Assembly: GCA_038128265.1 (NCBI GenBank)
Contig: JAYPJE010000055.1
Coordinates: 1-20,663 of the forward strand
Length of the DNA: 20,663 nucleotides
Direction of reading: 5' to 3'
Origin: Gemmatimonadota bacterium
GTDB lineage: Bacteria > Latescibacterota > UBA2968 > UBA8231
Part shown: piece after piece, positions 1 to 8,812 of the stretch
Layout of the letters: each line of letters starts with the position of its first letter
Numbering within the stretch: position 1 is the stretch's first letter
Made by a program: the position numbers and the translations under genes
The notes under the pieces: generated by a model
Told to the model about the DNA's origin: nothing
Database searches by the model: none
What the model saw: the letters and a program-made list of their open reading frames with translations, nothing else

Positions 1-2
1 TC

Positions 3-596
3 AATCGGCGCGCCTCCGGCGGTATCGTCGTCATTGCCGGCGGACCGGAGCTACCTGGCGTTATCGACCTAGCCGCACCTAGCGTGCCCATCGTCTGGAT
101 ACAGGCGCCCGATCCGGCTGACTATTCGGCCTATTGGGCAGCCAGCGGCGATATGGACGGCGACGGCTATATCGACGTCATGCCCAACGGCATGGCTGGC
201 GATGGGCCCAATAACGACCGCAACAACGCCGGCGAGGCGCATGTGGTCAGCGGACGCCTCGTCGCCGATATGCTCGGCGGTCCCACGACGGCCGTCGGCG
301 CAGTCGACGCCGTTCCACAGCGCGCGGTGCTGTGGCAGAACTACCCCAACCCCTTTAACGGAAGCACCCTCATTCACTACGCCGTCGAACGCTACGGCGA
401 GGTGGACCTGGCCATTTACGACCTGCTCGGGCAGCGCCTAGCCACGCTCTGGCGCGGAAGACAAGGCGTCGGGCTGCACGCGGCTCGCTGGGACGGGCGC
501 AGCGACGCCGGTGTACCCGTAGCCAGCGGCGCCTACCTCTACCGGCTTTCCAGCGGCGACGGCGAATGGACCAAGATACTGGTGCTGCTCAAGTAG
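3..596 (+). CDS. 5'-truncated FG-GAP/integrin-like repeat protein with C-terminal FlgD-Ig-like ('T9SS type A sorting'-like) domain
   Basis: Frame of ORF 84..596 is open back to base 3 (NRRASGGIVVIAGG...). Contains the FG-GAP Ca-binding motif GDMDGDGYID followed by NNAGEAHVVSG, then the typical CTD LWQNYPNPFNGST...IYDLLGQRLATL...WDGRSDAGVPVASGAYLYRL...KILVLLK*. Confidence 0.85.
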   Translation, partial: NRRASGGIVVIAGGPELPGVIDLAAPSVPIVWIQAPDPADYSAYWAASGDMDGDGYIDVMPNGMAGDGPNNDRNNAGEAHVVSGRLVADMLGGPTTAVGAVDAVPQRAVLWQNYPNPFNGSTLIHYAVERYGEVDLAIYDLLGQRLATLWRGRQGVGLHAARWDGRSDAGVPVASGAYLYRLSSGDGEWTKILVLLK

Positions 597-687
597 TGCG
601 CACCGGGAAGCACGCATTGCCGTGTTCTGCTGTAAACGTTACTTTCCACGCCTTGGACACATACTCCAAACCCTAAGTAGGTGGGCG

Positions 688-1464
688 ATGAAAAAAGTTC
701 TACTCACGGGCACTACGGGCACCGTAGCACACGTAATGCGACAGGAACTGAGCGACGAATACGACATCTCGGGCATCAGTATTGTGCGCATGGAAGAAAT
801 TCTCGAGCGGGACAAGCCCACTTCCTGGAAGGAGCAGCTCGACGCCTATACCGAAGCGGTGCGGGCGCAGGTGACTGAAGCCGTGCGCGGTCGAGATGCC
901 ATTGTCCACTTGGGCTGGAACACGCGCGATGAAAATTGGAAGAACGGGCTAGACCCCCTCAATATCGCCATTACTGACTGTGTCTACCGCGTGGCCATTG
1001 CCGAACAAACGCCGCGCATTTACATGACGAGCTCCGTGCACTCCTTCGACTTTTTGGGCGATGGCTACGACAAGAGCGAGTCCATTCCCAACACGCCGGA
1101 CACGCGGCGCGATCCCTTTGGCGTGGGCTCGACGAGCCTTTACGGCGTCAGCAAGCGCTGGATGGAAATCGCCGGCCAGTACTACGCCAAGCAGCTGAAA
1201 GAGGGGCAGAAAATTCTCGTCGTGCGCCTCGGCGGCGTCGGCCGCAGCAACCGCCCCTACCGGGAAGACGGGGTGTGGGACAGCCACCGCGACTGCGCCG
1301 GCCTGCTGCGCGCCTTTATTGAGTGCGGAGACGACGCGCCCAATTTCTACACCGCCTACGGCGTGTCGGACAACCACGACGAAGGCCAACCTCCCGTCTT
1401 TGACTGGCGCAACCCCTACGGCTTTACGCCGGCTGACAACGCCCATCTGCTGACGGACAAATAG
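688..1464 (+). CDS. NAD(P)-dependent epimerase/dehydratase (extended SDR), uronate dehydrogenase-like
   Basis: Rossmann start MKKVLLTGTTGTVA, AIVHLG, catalytic Ser region TSSVH, YxxxK motif LYGVSK, and VRLG...W-x-S-x-RD as in Udh-like proteins. ATG at 688 follows AGGTGG and is preferred over GTG 622. Confidence 0.8.
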   Translation: MKKVLLTGTTGTVAHVMRQELSDEYDISGISIVRMEEILERDKPTSWKEQLDAYTEAVRAQVTEAVRGRDAIVHLGWNTRDENWKNGLDPLNIAITDCVYRVAIAEQTPRIYMTSSVHSFDFLGDGYDKSESIPNTPDTRRDPFGVGSTSLYGVSKRWMEIAGQYYAKQLKEGQKILVVRLGGVGRSNRPYREDGVWDSHRDCAGLLRAFIECGDDAPNFYTAYGVSDNHDEGQPPVFDWRNPYGFTPADNAHLLTDK

Positions 1465-1499
1465 CGGCGCGGCGGCCAGGCGCTGGGTCGCCCATATCC

Positions 1500-2942
1500 A
1501 TGCCCATTCTACTTGTCGCACTCACCATGCTGCACGTGGCCAACCTGCAGGCGCAAGCGATGTCCGACCCATCGGCGCACTTTGCACGCGTCATGGCCAA
1601 CCGCAACCTGGCCGTAGAAGGCCGGACAACCGGCGAGGCGTTTTGCTGGCACGCCGCCTACGCCGCCGACAGCTTTGTCGATGGCTACCAAGCCCACGAC
1701 GACGCGGCCTGGCTCAATGAGGGCGCGCGTTACTTCGACTGGCTCGTATCGCTGATGGCAACGGGCCCCGACGGCTATCGCGGCTTTATTGGTCCCTACA
1801 TCTACGACGAACAGTACTGGGCCGACGTGCACGTAGGCGACGCCATTCTCATCAATCCCATGCTGCGCTTTGCCGAAGTCGTTTTAAACAACGAGGCCCT
1901 CGAAACGGTGCACGGCGCACGCGCGCGCACCTACGTTGCGCTGGCCGAACGCGACGTAATGGAAAAATGGGACGCGCGCGGCACCTGGCGAGACGACGGG
2001 CCCCAGGGCGCCTACGCGTCCTGGGATCGCTACCTGCTGCCCGGTGATCTGAGCGCCTGGCGCGCGCTGCCCGGCGATAAATCGGGCCTGAGCCTGCCCT
2101 TCAACAAGCAAATGGACATGGGTATCGCTGCGCTGCGGCTGTTTCGCCTCACCGGCAATGCAGCGTACCGAATGCGCGCTGAAAAAATCTTCGCGTTGTT
2201 CAGAGCGCGGTTGCGGCTATTTGGAGACGGCTATGTGTGGAACTACTGGGAACCGCTCGGCCGCTGGGATATCGACCTCGGGCATCAGCGCATCCGCCAC
2301 TGGGTCAACGTGCATCCGACGCGCAACTACCAGAGCCGCGAAGTAGCCTCCATCGTCGAGGCCTATCACACGGGTGTGATCTTTACGCGCCAGGACATCG
2401 AGCGCATTATTCACACCAACATAGAAAACATGTGGAATGGCGACCTCGACGCACCGCGCTGGCGCAATGCCGGCTTGGGAGGACCGTGGACGCCGCAGCC
2501 GGAAGGGCGAGCCGGCACGCTGTGGTCGGCGCTGGGCGACTTCGACGCGCGCGTGCGCCAGCTGCAGGGACGCGATGAGGCGGAGCAGACCCCGCCCAGC
2601 TTTGTCCGGCGCTACGCCAAAGACGGCCCGAGCGCCGAGCGCGCGCTGACGCCCGCAACCCATCTGACGATGGTCGCCGCCCTGCCGAGTGCAAGCGCAT
2701 CTGAAGACTCCGTGCTGCTGATTTGCAAGGCCGGACAAGACGGCGCGCTGCGCATCGATTTGCGCGACGGCACGGGCGCCGTCGTACGGGCACTTTACGA
2801 CGGATTGATCGCGGGCGGTGACGACGGCCTGCAGGGCCTGTTTTGGCTGGACTGGCACGACGGGACCCTCGAGCCCGGCACCTATAGCGTGCGCTGGACG
2901 TTAGACGATGAGTACCGCGAATACCCCATAGAAAAACGCTAG
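1500..2942 (+). CDS. Secreted hypothetical protein; probable helical (alpha/alpha)-barrel-like domain plus C-terminal Ig/FlgD-like domain
   Basis: 480-aa ORF with GC3-biased codons filling the gap between flanking genes. Hydrophobic N-terminus ends in AQA (signal-peptide-like). Helical repeats such as ALRLFRLTGNAAYRMRAEKI; C-terminal LRIDLRDGTGAVVRAL...W...LEPGTYSVRW. Confidence 0.75.
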   Translation: MPILLVALTMLHVANLQAQAMSDPSAHFARVMANRNLAVEGRTTGEAFCWHAAYAADSFVDGYQAHDDAAWLNEGARYFDWLVSLMATGPDGYRGFIGPYIYDEQYWADVHVGDAILINPMLRFAEVVLNNEALETVHGARARTYVALAERDVMEKWDARGTWRDDGPQGAYASWDRYLLPGDLSAWRALPGDKSGLSLPFNKQMDMGIAALRLFRLTGNAAYRMRAEKIFALFRARLRLFGDGYVWNYWEPLGRWDIDLGHQRIRHWVNVHPTRNYQSREVASIVEAYHTGVIFTRQDIERIIHTNIENMWNGDLDAPRWRNAGLGGPWTPQPEGRAGTLWSALGDFDARVRQLQGRDEAEQTPPSFVRRYAKDGPSAERALTPATHLTMVAALPSASASEDSVLLICKAGQDGALRIDLRDGTGAVVRALYDGLIAGGDDGLQGLFWLDWHDGTLEPGTYSVRWTLDDEYREYPIEKR

Positions 2943-2965
2943 CAACAACGGAAAGGAACCGCTCT

Positions 2966-4030
2966 ATGAGCACGCTCAAACTGCTCGAAACACTCGCCAC
3001 TACGCCCGGCGTGCCCGGCCGCGAGCACCGCATACGCCGCCTTATACTCGATGAAATTGACGGAGTATTTGACGAGGTGCGCGTAGACCCGCTCGGTTCC
3101 ATCATCGCCGTCAAAAAGCCCAAACCCAAAAAGGGCAACGCCGCTAAAGAGCCCCTGCGCGTCATGCTAGCCGCGCACATGGACCAGATTGGTTTTCTCG
3201 TCTCGCACATCGACGACAAGGGCTTTATCTATCTGAATCCCGTCGGCGGCTTTGATACGCGCAACCTCTTTGCGCGCATGGTGACCGTCTGTCCCGACCC
3301 CAACGATCCGCGCAAAGACCTAACGGGCATTATGAATCCCAGCGGCAAGCCGATTCACGTCGCCTCGCCCGAGGAGCGCAAGCGCATTCCCACCGTGCGC
3401 GAATTTATGGTTGATTTGGGGCTGGATAAAAAACAGGTGGACAAAAAGGTGAAAATCGGCGACATGGTCGTCATCAATGCGCCCGTGCACTACCTCGGCG
3501 ATTTGATGGTCAGCCAGGCGATGGACAACCGCGCCGCCTGCTGGATTGCCATTGAGGCCTGCCGCAAGCTAAAGCACCACAGCTGCGAAGTGCACTGCGT
3601 ATTTACCGTGCAGGAGGAAGTCGGCCTGCGCGGCGCCACCGCTTCCTCGCATACGATCCAACCCGACATTGGCATTGGCATCGACACAACGCTGGCAGTC
3701 GACACGCCCGGCGTGCCCGCACAGGATGCCTGCACGCGCTTGGGCGACGGCGCGGCCATCACCGTTATGGATAGCTCGGCCATCGGCGACTACGACCTGA
3801 TCGAGACCTTTGACGCGCTGGGTAAGAAGCACAAAATTAAGACGCAGCGCTCTATTTTGGCCGCGGGCGGCACCGATACCGGCGGCATCCAGCGCAGCGC
3901 CGGCGGCTGTCGCGCCATGACGCTGTCCTGCCCCACGCGCTACATCCACACGGTGACGGAAACGATCCACACCGGCGATATTAAGGCCTGCCGCGACCTG
4001 CTGGCCGCCTACCTCGAGTCGGCGACATAG
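2966..4030 (+). CDS. M42 family (TET/FrvX-like) metallo-aminopeptidase
   Basis: Motifs PGVPGRE, AAHMDQIG, MDNR, QEEVGLRGA, GIDT, GGTD and RYIHT supply the full dinuclear metal-binding and catalytic set. SD AAAGGA lies upstream. Confidence 0.93.
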   Translation: MSTLKLLETLATTPGVPGREHRIRRLILDEIDGVFDEVRVDPLGSIIAVKKPKPKKGNAAKEPLRVMLAAHMDQIGFLVSHIDDKGFIYLNPVGGFDTRNLFARMVTVCPDPNDPRKDLTGIMNPSGKPIHVASPEERKRIPTVREFMVDLGLDKKQVDKKVKIGDMVVINAPVHYLGDLMVSQAMDNRAACWIAIEACRKLKHHSCEVHCVFTVQEEVGLRGATASSHTIQPDIGIGIDTTLAVDTPGVPAQDACTRLGDGAAITVMDSSAIGDYDLIETFDALGKKHKIKTQRSILAAGGTDTGGIQRSAGGCRAMTLSCPTRYIHTVTETIHTGDIKACRDLLAAYLESAT

Positions 4031-4093
4031 CCGCTGTGCCGCATGCGGAGTTGGCCTAGCAGGTAGCCGCTCCGCGCGGCGGCGAGGGACGAA

Positions 4094-6052
4094 ATGGGCA
4101 CGCCCAGCCAATTGCCACACACCGCACCAGAGCGCAGCGCCTTCTCCGCGCGCGCCATTCTGACTGGTAGCCTGCTCTCGCTGTGCCTGGCCTGCGCGGC
4201 GCCTTACGGCAATATGGTTATCCGCGGTTCGTATATGGCGCTCGACTTCAGCACGCCGGGCGCCATCTTTCTGTTCTTCCTGCTGGTCGGGCCACTCAAC
4301 GGACTGGCACGTCTCCTCCGCGCGTCTTGGGCGCTGACGCGCGGCGAGCTGCTCGTCGTCTACGCCATGATGGTTACCGCATCGGCCATTCCCACCATGG
4401 GCCTGTCCGAATACCTGCTAACCATTACCACCGCCGCCCAGTATTTCGCCACGCCAGAAAACGAGTGGGCCTCGCTGATTAACGCACATGTGCCCTCGTG
4501 GATGGTGCCGCAGAGCGCGACAGCCATCCGTTGGTTTTACGAGGGCAAGCCGCAGGGGGCCGCCATCCCTTGGCAGCCGTGGGTAGAGCCGCTGTGCTAT
4601 TGGGCGCTCTTCGCCATGAGCCTCTATCTGGTCATGATCGCCCTGATGGTCGTGCTGCGCCGCCAGTGGGCCGAGCGCGAGCGCCTGCTCTTTCCCATCG
4701 TGCAAGTGCCGCTCGAGATGGTGCGCCAGGACGCCGAGGGACGCAACACTTTTTGGCGCAGCCCCATTCTGTGGATTGGCTTTGCCCTACCGGCCATTGT
4801 CAGTTCGCTCAACGGGCTGCACGCCTACTACAATACCGTGCCGGCCGTGCAGTTAGTCAGTACTATACCGATCCTGCGCAATGCGACCTCTATTATCGTT
4901 CGCCTCAGCTTTCCGATGGTGGGCTTTTCCTATCTAATCAATCTCGACATTGCCCTTAGCCTATGGCTGTTTAACTTGCTGGCTAAAATAGCGCACGGCA
5001 CGATGGGCATGTTGGGCATTGCCAGCAGCGAGAAGCTGGGCATTTACGGCGCGGCGTCCAAACCCATTTTGGCCCACTACGGGCAGGGCGCTTTTCTCGT
5101 GCTGGTATTCTTTGGTCTGTGGCTGGCGCGCGACCACCTGCGCGCCGTGTGGCGCAGGGCCGTCCGCGGCGATGAGACGGTCGACGACAGCGGCGAAATT
5201 ATGTCCTACCGCGCCGCGCTTATCTGCCTGCTGGGCGGCTGTGCGAGTATGACCGTCTGGTTAATCGCCGCCGGCATGCCGCCGTGGGCCGCCCTCGTCC
5301 TGCTGGCACTGGCACTGGCGATCTTTGTCGGCCTAACGCGCGTGGTAGTCGAAAGCGGCGTGGCCGCTGCTACCAGTCCGCTCATTGCCGCCTCGACGCT
5401 GGTCTCCGCGGTGGGCTCCTCTGCACTCGGCACGGCTGGCATGGTCGGCCTGGCCTATACCCACGTTTGGGGCGCCGACATTCGCACCTTTGTCATGGCC
5501 TCCTGCATGCACAGCCTCAAGCTAAGCGAAAGTATGGGACGCAACGTGCGGCCGCTGCTGTGGGCCCTGCTGCTGGCCATCGTCATTAGCATGGCCGGCT
5601 CCATCGCCACCATCTTGTACTTGGCCTACGAGTACGGCGGCATCAACCTCAACGGCTGGTTTTTCGGCGCCGGTGCGCGCACGCCCTTCGACTACGTCGC
5701 CGCCAAACTGGCCACGCCGACGGAGGCCAGTATTGAAGGTTGGATTCACACGTTCTTCGGCGGCGCGCTGATGGTCGGCCTCATGACGGCGCGCCACCAT
5801 CTTCTGTGGTGGCCACTACATCCCATCGGCTTCCCCGTTTCTATGATCTGGCTTATGGACCAGCTGTGGTTCAGCATCTTTCTGGCCTGGCTCTTTAAGG
5901 CGCTTATCGTCAAGTACGGTGGACCCAAGCTCTTTCTGCGCGCACGACCCTTTTTCTTTGGGCTCATTATCGGCCAATTTGCCAGCGCCGGCCTCTGGCT
6001 GGTCATCGACTTTTTCACCGGCATGACCGACAACGTCGTCTTCTGGATCTAA
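4094..6052 (+). CDS. Polytopic membrane protein of DUF6785/DUF6784 type, OPT-like putative peptide/solute transporter
   Basis: 652 aa with many hydrophobic segments. Family-typical motifs LTRGELLVVYAM, RRQWAERERLLFPIVQVP, TRVVVESG, WWPLHPIG and KYGG...RARPFFFGLIIG. The family name is recalled from knowledge, not searched. Confidence 0.75.
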   Translation: MGTPSQLPHTAPERSAFSARAILTGSLLSLCLACAAPYGNMVIRGSYMALDFSTPGAIFLFFLLVGPLNGLARLLRASWALTRGELLVVYAMMVTASAIPTMGLSEYLLTITTAAQYFATPENEWASLINAHVPSWMVPQSATAIRWFYEGKPQGAAIPWQPWVEPLCYWALFAMSLYLVMIALMVVLRRQWAERERLLFPIVQVPLEMVRQDAEGRNTFWRSPILWIGFALPAIVSSLNGLHAYYNTVPAVQLVSTIPILRNATSIIVRLSFPMVGFSYLINLDIALSLWLFNLLAKIAHGTMGMLGIASSEKLGIYGAASKPILAHYGQGAFLVLVFFGLWLARDHLRAVWRRAVRGDETVDDSGEIMSYRAALICLLGGCASMTVWLIAAGMPPWAALVLLALALAIFVGLTRVVVESGVAAATSPLIAASTLVSAVGSSALGTAGMVGLAYTHVWGADIRTFVMASCMHSLKLSESMGRNVRPLLWALLLAIVISMAGSIATILYLAYEYGGINLNGWFFGAGARTPFDYVAAKLATPTEASIEGWIHTFFGGALMVGLMTARHHLLWWPLHPIGFPVSMIWLMDQLWFSIFLAWLFKALIVKYGGPKLFLRARPFFFGLIIGQFASAGLWLVIDFFTGMTDNVVFWI

Positions 6053-6120
6053 CCGGCGCCGACAGATCTGTTGCCCCCAGCCATTCCGCAATGGCCAATT
6101 TCGCTTAGATTCTATTCCCT

Positions 6121-7788
6121 ATGATTACGCTATCCAACATCGGCAAGACCTATGCCGACCGCACGCTCTTTGCCGGAGCCTCACTGCAGCTCAACGCCGG
6201 CTCGCGCTATGGCCTGGTAGGCGCCAACGGCTCGGGCAAGACAACCTTTTTAAATATTCTCACCGGCGACCTCGAAGCCAGCGAGGGCAGCATTTCCATT
6301 CCACAGCGCCTGCACTTGGGCGTGCTGCGGCAAGACCAGTTCCTCTACGAGGAGCAGAAGATTCTCAACGTCGCGCTCATGGGCAATACGGATCTGTGGA
6401 ACGTCATGGTCGAACGCGACACGCTGCTGGCCAACGCCGAAAGGGAATTCGATGCCGATCGCTTTTCCGTGCTCGAAGACGAGTATCAGCGCCGCGATGG
6501 ATATGCTTCCGAGGCGCGCGCTTCAGCCATCTTAGAAGGACTCGGCCTGCCTAGCGCCATCCATCACGATCCGCTGTCGACCCTGTCGGGGGGATTTAAG
6601 CTGCGCGTGCTGCTGGCCCAGGTGCTGGCCTCTTCGCCCGACGTGCTGCTGCTCGATGAGCCGACCAATCACCTCGACATTCTCTCCATCCGCTGGCTGG
6701 AAACGTTCCTGCGCGACTTTGCCGGACCGGCCGTTATCATCTCGCACGACCATCGTTTCCTGGACAATATCAGCACGCATATCCTCGACGTCGATTACCA
6801 GACCGTAACGCTCTACAGGGGCAACTACAGCGCCTTTTCTCAGGCCAAGCTGTTGGAGCGCGAACGGCGCGAAAAGGAGATATCCAACCGCGAGCGGGAG
6901 ATCGCGCATCACCAGCAGTTTGTCGACCGCTTTAAGGCCAAAGCCAGCAAGGCGCGGCAGGCCGGCAGCAAACAGCGCATGATCGAAAAAATGGCCGAAG
7001 ACATCGTCGAGCTGCCTAAGAGCTCGCGCCGCTATCCGACGTTTCGCTTTGCACAAAAGCGCGATAGCGGACGCGACGTGCTGGCTATCAAGGGGGTCAA
7101 AAAGGCTTTTAACGACAACGAAGTGCTGCATGGGGTCGATCTACTCGTACAGCGCGGCGACCGCCTCGCCATCATGGGCCCCAACGGCATCGGCAAGTCG
7201 ACGCTGCTAAAAATCGCCATGGGCAATCTGGCCGCCGATGCAGGCCAAGTCGAATGGGGCTACGAAACGCACCCGGGTTACTTTGCCCAGGATCACGAGG
7301 AGGACTTCGCACCCGACAGTGCCAGCGCCGAGCAGTGGATCCGCGGCTACTTTCCCGAGCAGAGCATCGGCGCCGTGCGCAAACGCCTGGGCATGGTGCT
7401 CTTTTCCGGTGACGACGTCGAAAAATCGCTGGCTGCCCTTTCGGGAGGCGAAGCGGCCCGTCTGGTCTTCGCGCGGCTGGCGCTGGCCGAGCCCAACGTG
7501 CTGGTGCTCGACGAGCCAACCAACCACCTCGACCTCGAATCAATCGAAGCCCTCGTCGACGGCCTGCGACGCTACGAAGGCACGCTGATTTTTGTGTCGC
7601 ACGACCGCTGGTTTGTCAGTCAGCTGGCCACGCGCATCGTTGAAATCAAACCCGATGAAATCGTCGACTACCAAGGTTCGTATGAAAACTACGTCCACTT
7701 CTGCGGCGACGACCACCTCGATGCCGACACCGTAGTATTGAAAGCGCGCAAAGAAAAGAAAAAAGCGCGGGAAGGAACCGCTGCGTGA
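6121..7788 (+). CDS. ABC-F family ATPase (YbiT/EttA-like ribosome-associated factor)
   Basis: Two ABC domains (GANGSGKT, LSGG, LLLDEPTNHLD, SHD; GPNGIGKS, LSGGE, LVLDEPTNHLD, SHDR), a helical interdomain linker (QFVDRFKAKASKARQA) and no TM segments. Confidence 0.93.
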   Translation: MITLSNIGKTYADRTLFAGASLQLNAGSRYGLVGANGSGKTTFLNILTGDLEASEGSISIPQRLHLGVLRQDQFLYEEQKILNVALMGNTDLWNVMVERDTLLANAEREFDADRFSVLEDEYQRRDGYASEARASAILEGLGLPSAIHHDPLSTLSGGFKLRVLLAQVLASSPDVLLLDEPTNHLDILSIRWLETFLRDFAGPAVIISHDHRFLDNISTHILDVDYQTVTLYRGNYSAFSQAKLLERERREKEISNREREIAHHQQFVDRFKAKASKARQAGSKQRMIEKMAEDIVELPKSSRRYPTFRFAQKRDSGRDVLAIKGVKKAFNDNEVLHGVDLLVQRGDRLAIMGPNGIGKSTLLKIAMGNLAADAGQVEWGYETHPGYFAQDHEEDFAPDSASAEQWIRGYFPEQSIGAVRKRLGMVLFSGDDVEKSLAALSGGEAARLVFARLALAEPNVLVLDEPTNHLDLESIEALVDGLRRYEGTLIFVSHDRWFVSQLATRIVEIKPDEIVDYQGSYENYVHFCGDDHLDADTVVLKARKEKKKAREGTAA

Positions 7789-8753
7789 GGGATTACACCG
7801 TTTTTGTGCCCGAACCCATCGCCTCTGCCGGCATGGACGTGCTGGCGCAGCACTGCGCGGTTATTGCCCCGTGGCAGACGGGCCAGCCCGCCGGCGAACT
7901 ACCCGCCGAAGCCGATGCCGCGCTCGTGCGCATCTACCGCGTCGATGCGCAGCGCATGGATGCCGCGCCCAACCTACGCGTGGTCGCCAAGCACGGCGTG
8001 GGCTTAGACAATATCGATGTTCCCGCCGCCAGCGCGCGCAACGTCGCCGTGCTGTGGACGCCAGAAGCCAATGCCGAAGGGGTTGCCCAGCACGCCATCG
8101 CCCTGATGCTGGCGCTGACCAACAAGATCAAGGAGGCCGACGCCGGCGTGCGCGCCGGTCGCTTTGACGAGCGCATGGCCTTTGGCAGCGTAGAAGTCTC
8201 CGAGCGCACCTTGGGCATCATCGGGCTGGGCCGCATCGGTCGCCGCACCGCGCGAAAGGCGGCGCTGGGATTGGGCATGCGCGTATTGGCCTACGACCCC
8301 TATGTCGATCGCAGCGCCTACGACGGCCCGGCCGTTTTTGTCGATGCGCTAGACGAGCTGCTCGAACGCGCCGACGTCGTGACCCTGCACGTACCGCTGA
8401 CCGACGAGACGCGCCATATAATAGATGCCGCGCGCTTGGCGCAGATGAAGCCGAGTGCCTATCTAGTCAACACATCGCGCGGCGCGGCCGTCGACGAGGC
8501 GGCGCTGGCCGGAGCGCTGCATGCGGGCCAGCTGGCCGGAGCGGCTATCGACGTCTTTGCGCAGGAACCGCCCGACCTGTCCCATCCGCTGCAGAGTGCC
8601 CCCAACGCGCTGCTGACGCCGCACGTAGCCGGGCTGTCCGACCGGGCGCTGGTCCGCGTGTCGACAGAGGCGGCTGAGGGCATTATCGATGTGCTGCAGG
8701 GCCGACCGCCGCGCAGCCCGGTCAATCCGGAAATTTTCCCCCTGCAGCGATAG
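7785..8753 (+). CDS. D-isomer-specific 2-hydroxyacid dehydrogenase (SerA-like, no ACT domain)
   Basis: KHGVGLDNID, GIIGLGRIG, AYDPY, NTSRG (Arg), DVFAQEP (Glu), TPHVAG (His). GTG start overlaps the ABC-F stop (GTGA). Confidence 0.92.
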   Translation: MRDYTVFVPEPIASAGMDVLAQHCAVIAPWQTGQPAGELPAEADAALVRIYRVDAQRMDAAPNLRVVAKHGVGLDNIDVPAASARNVAVLWTPEANAEGVAQHAIALMLALTNKIKEADAGVRAGRFDERMAFGSVEVSERTLGIIGLGRIGRRTARKAALGLGMRVLAYDPYVDRSAYDGPAVFVDALDELLERADVVTLHVPLTDETRHIIDAARLAQMKPSAYLVNTSRGAAVDEAALAGALHAGQLAGAAIDVFAQEPPDLSHPLQSAPNALLTPHVAGLSDRALVRVSTEAAEGIIDVLQGRPPRSPVNPEIFPLQR

Positions 8754-8812
8754 ATCGCCCCCGCTCTTTCCATTCCCGCCTGTGGGGATCACGGCAACGG
8801 AGGTTTGGCACG

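Noticed and set aside
2217..3219. Long minus-strand ORFs (2217..2858, 2407..3219) and similar shadow ORFs across the window (e.g. 6532..7131, 12678..13283, 18527..19141)
   Set aside because: They lie antisense to or out of frame with well-supported genes, are low in recognisable motifs and are often Arg/Ala/Pro-rich. Such ORFs are expected in high-GC DNA with few stop codons.
6121..7788. Antibiotic-resistance ABC-F, or ATPase subunit of the upstream membrane protein
   Set aside because: Motifs fit housekeeping YbiT-like ABC-F proteins, which act on ribosomes rather than energising transporters. No leader-peptide attenuator was evident.
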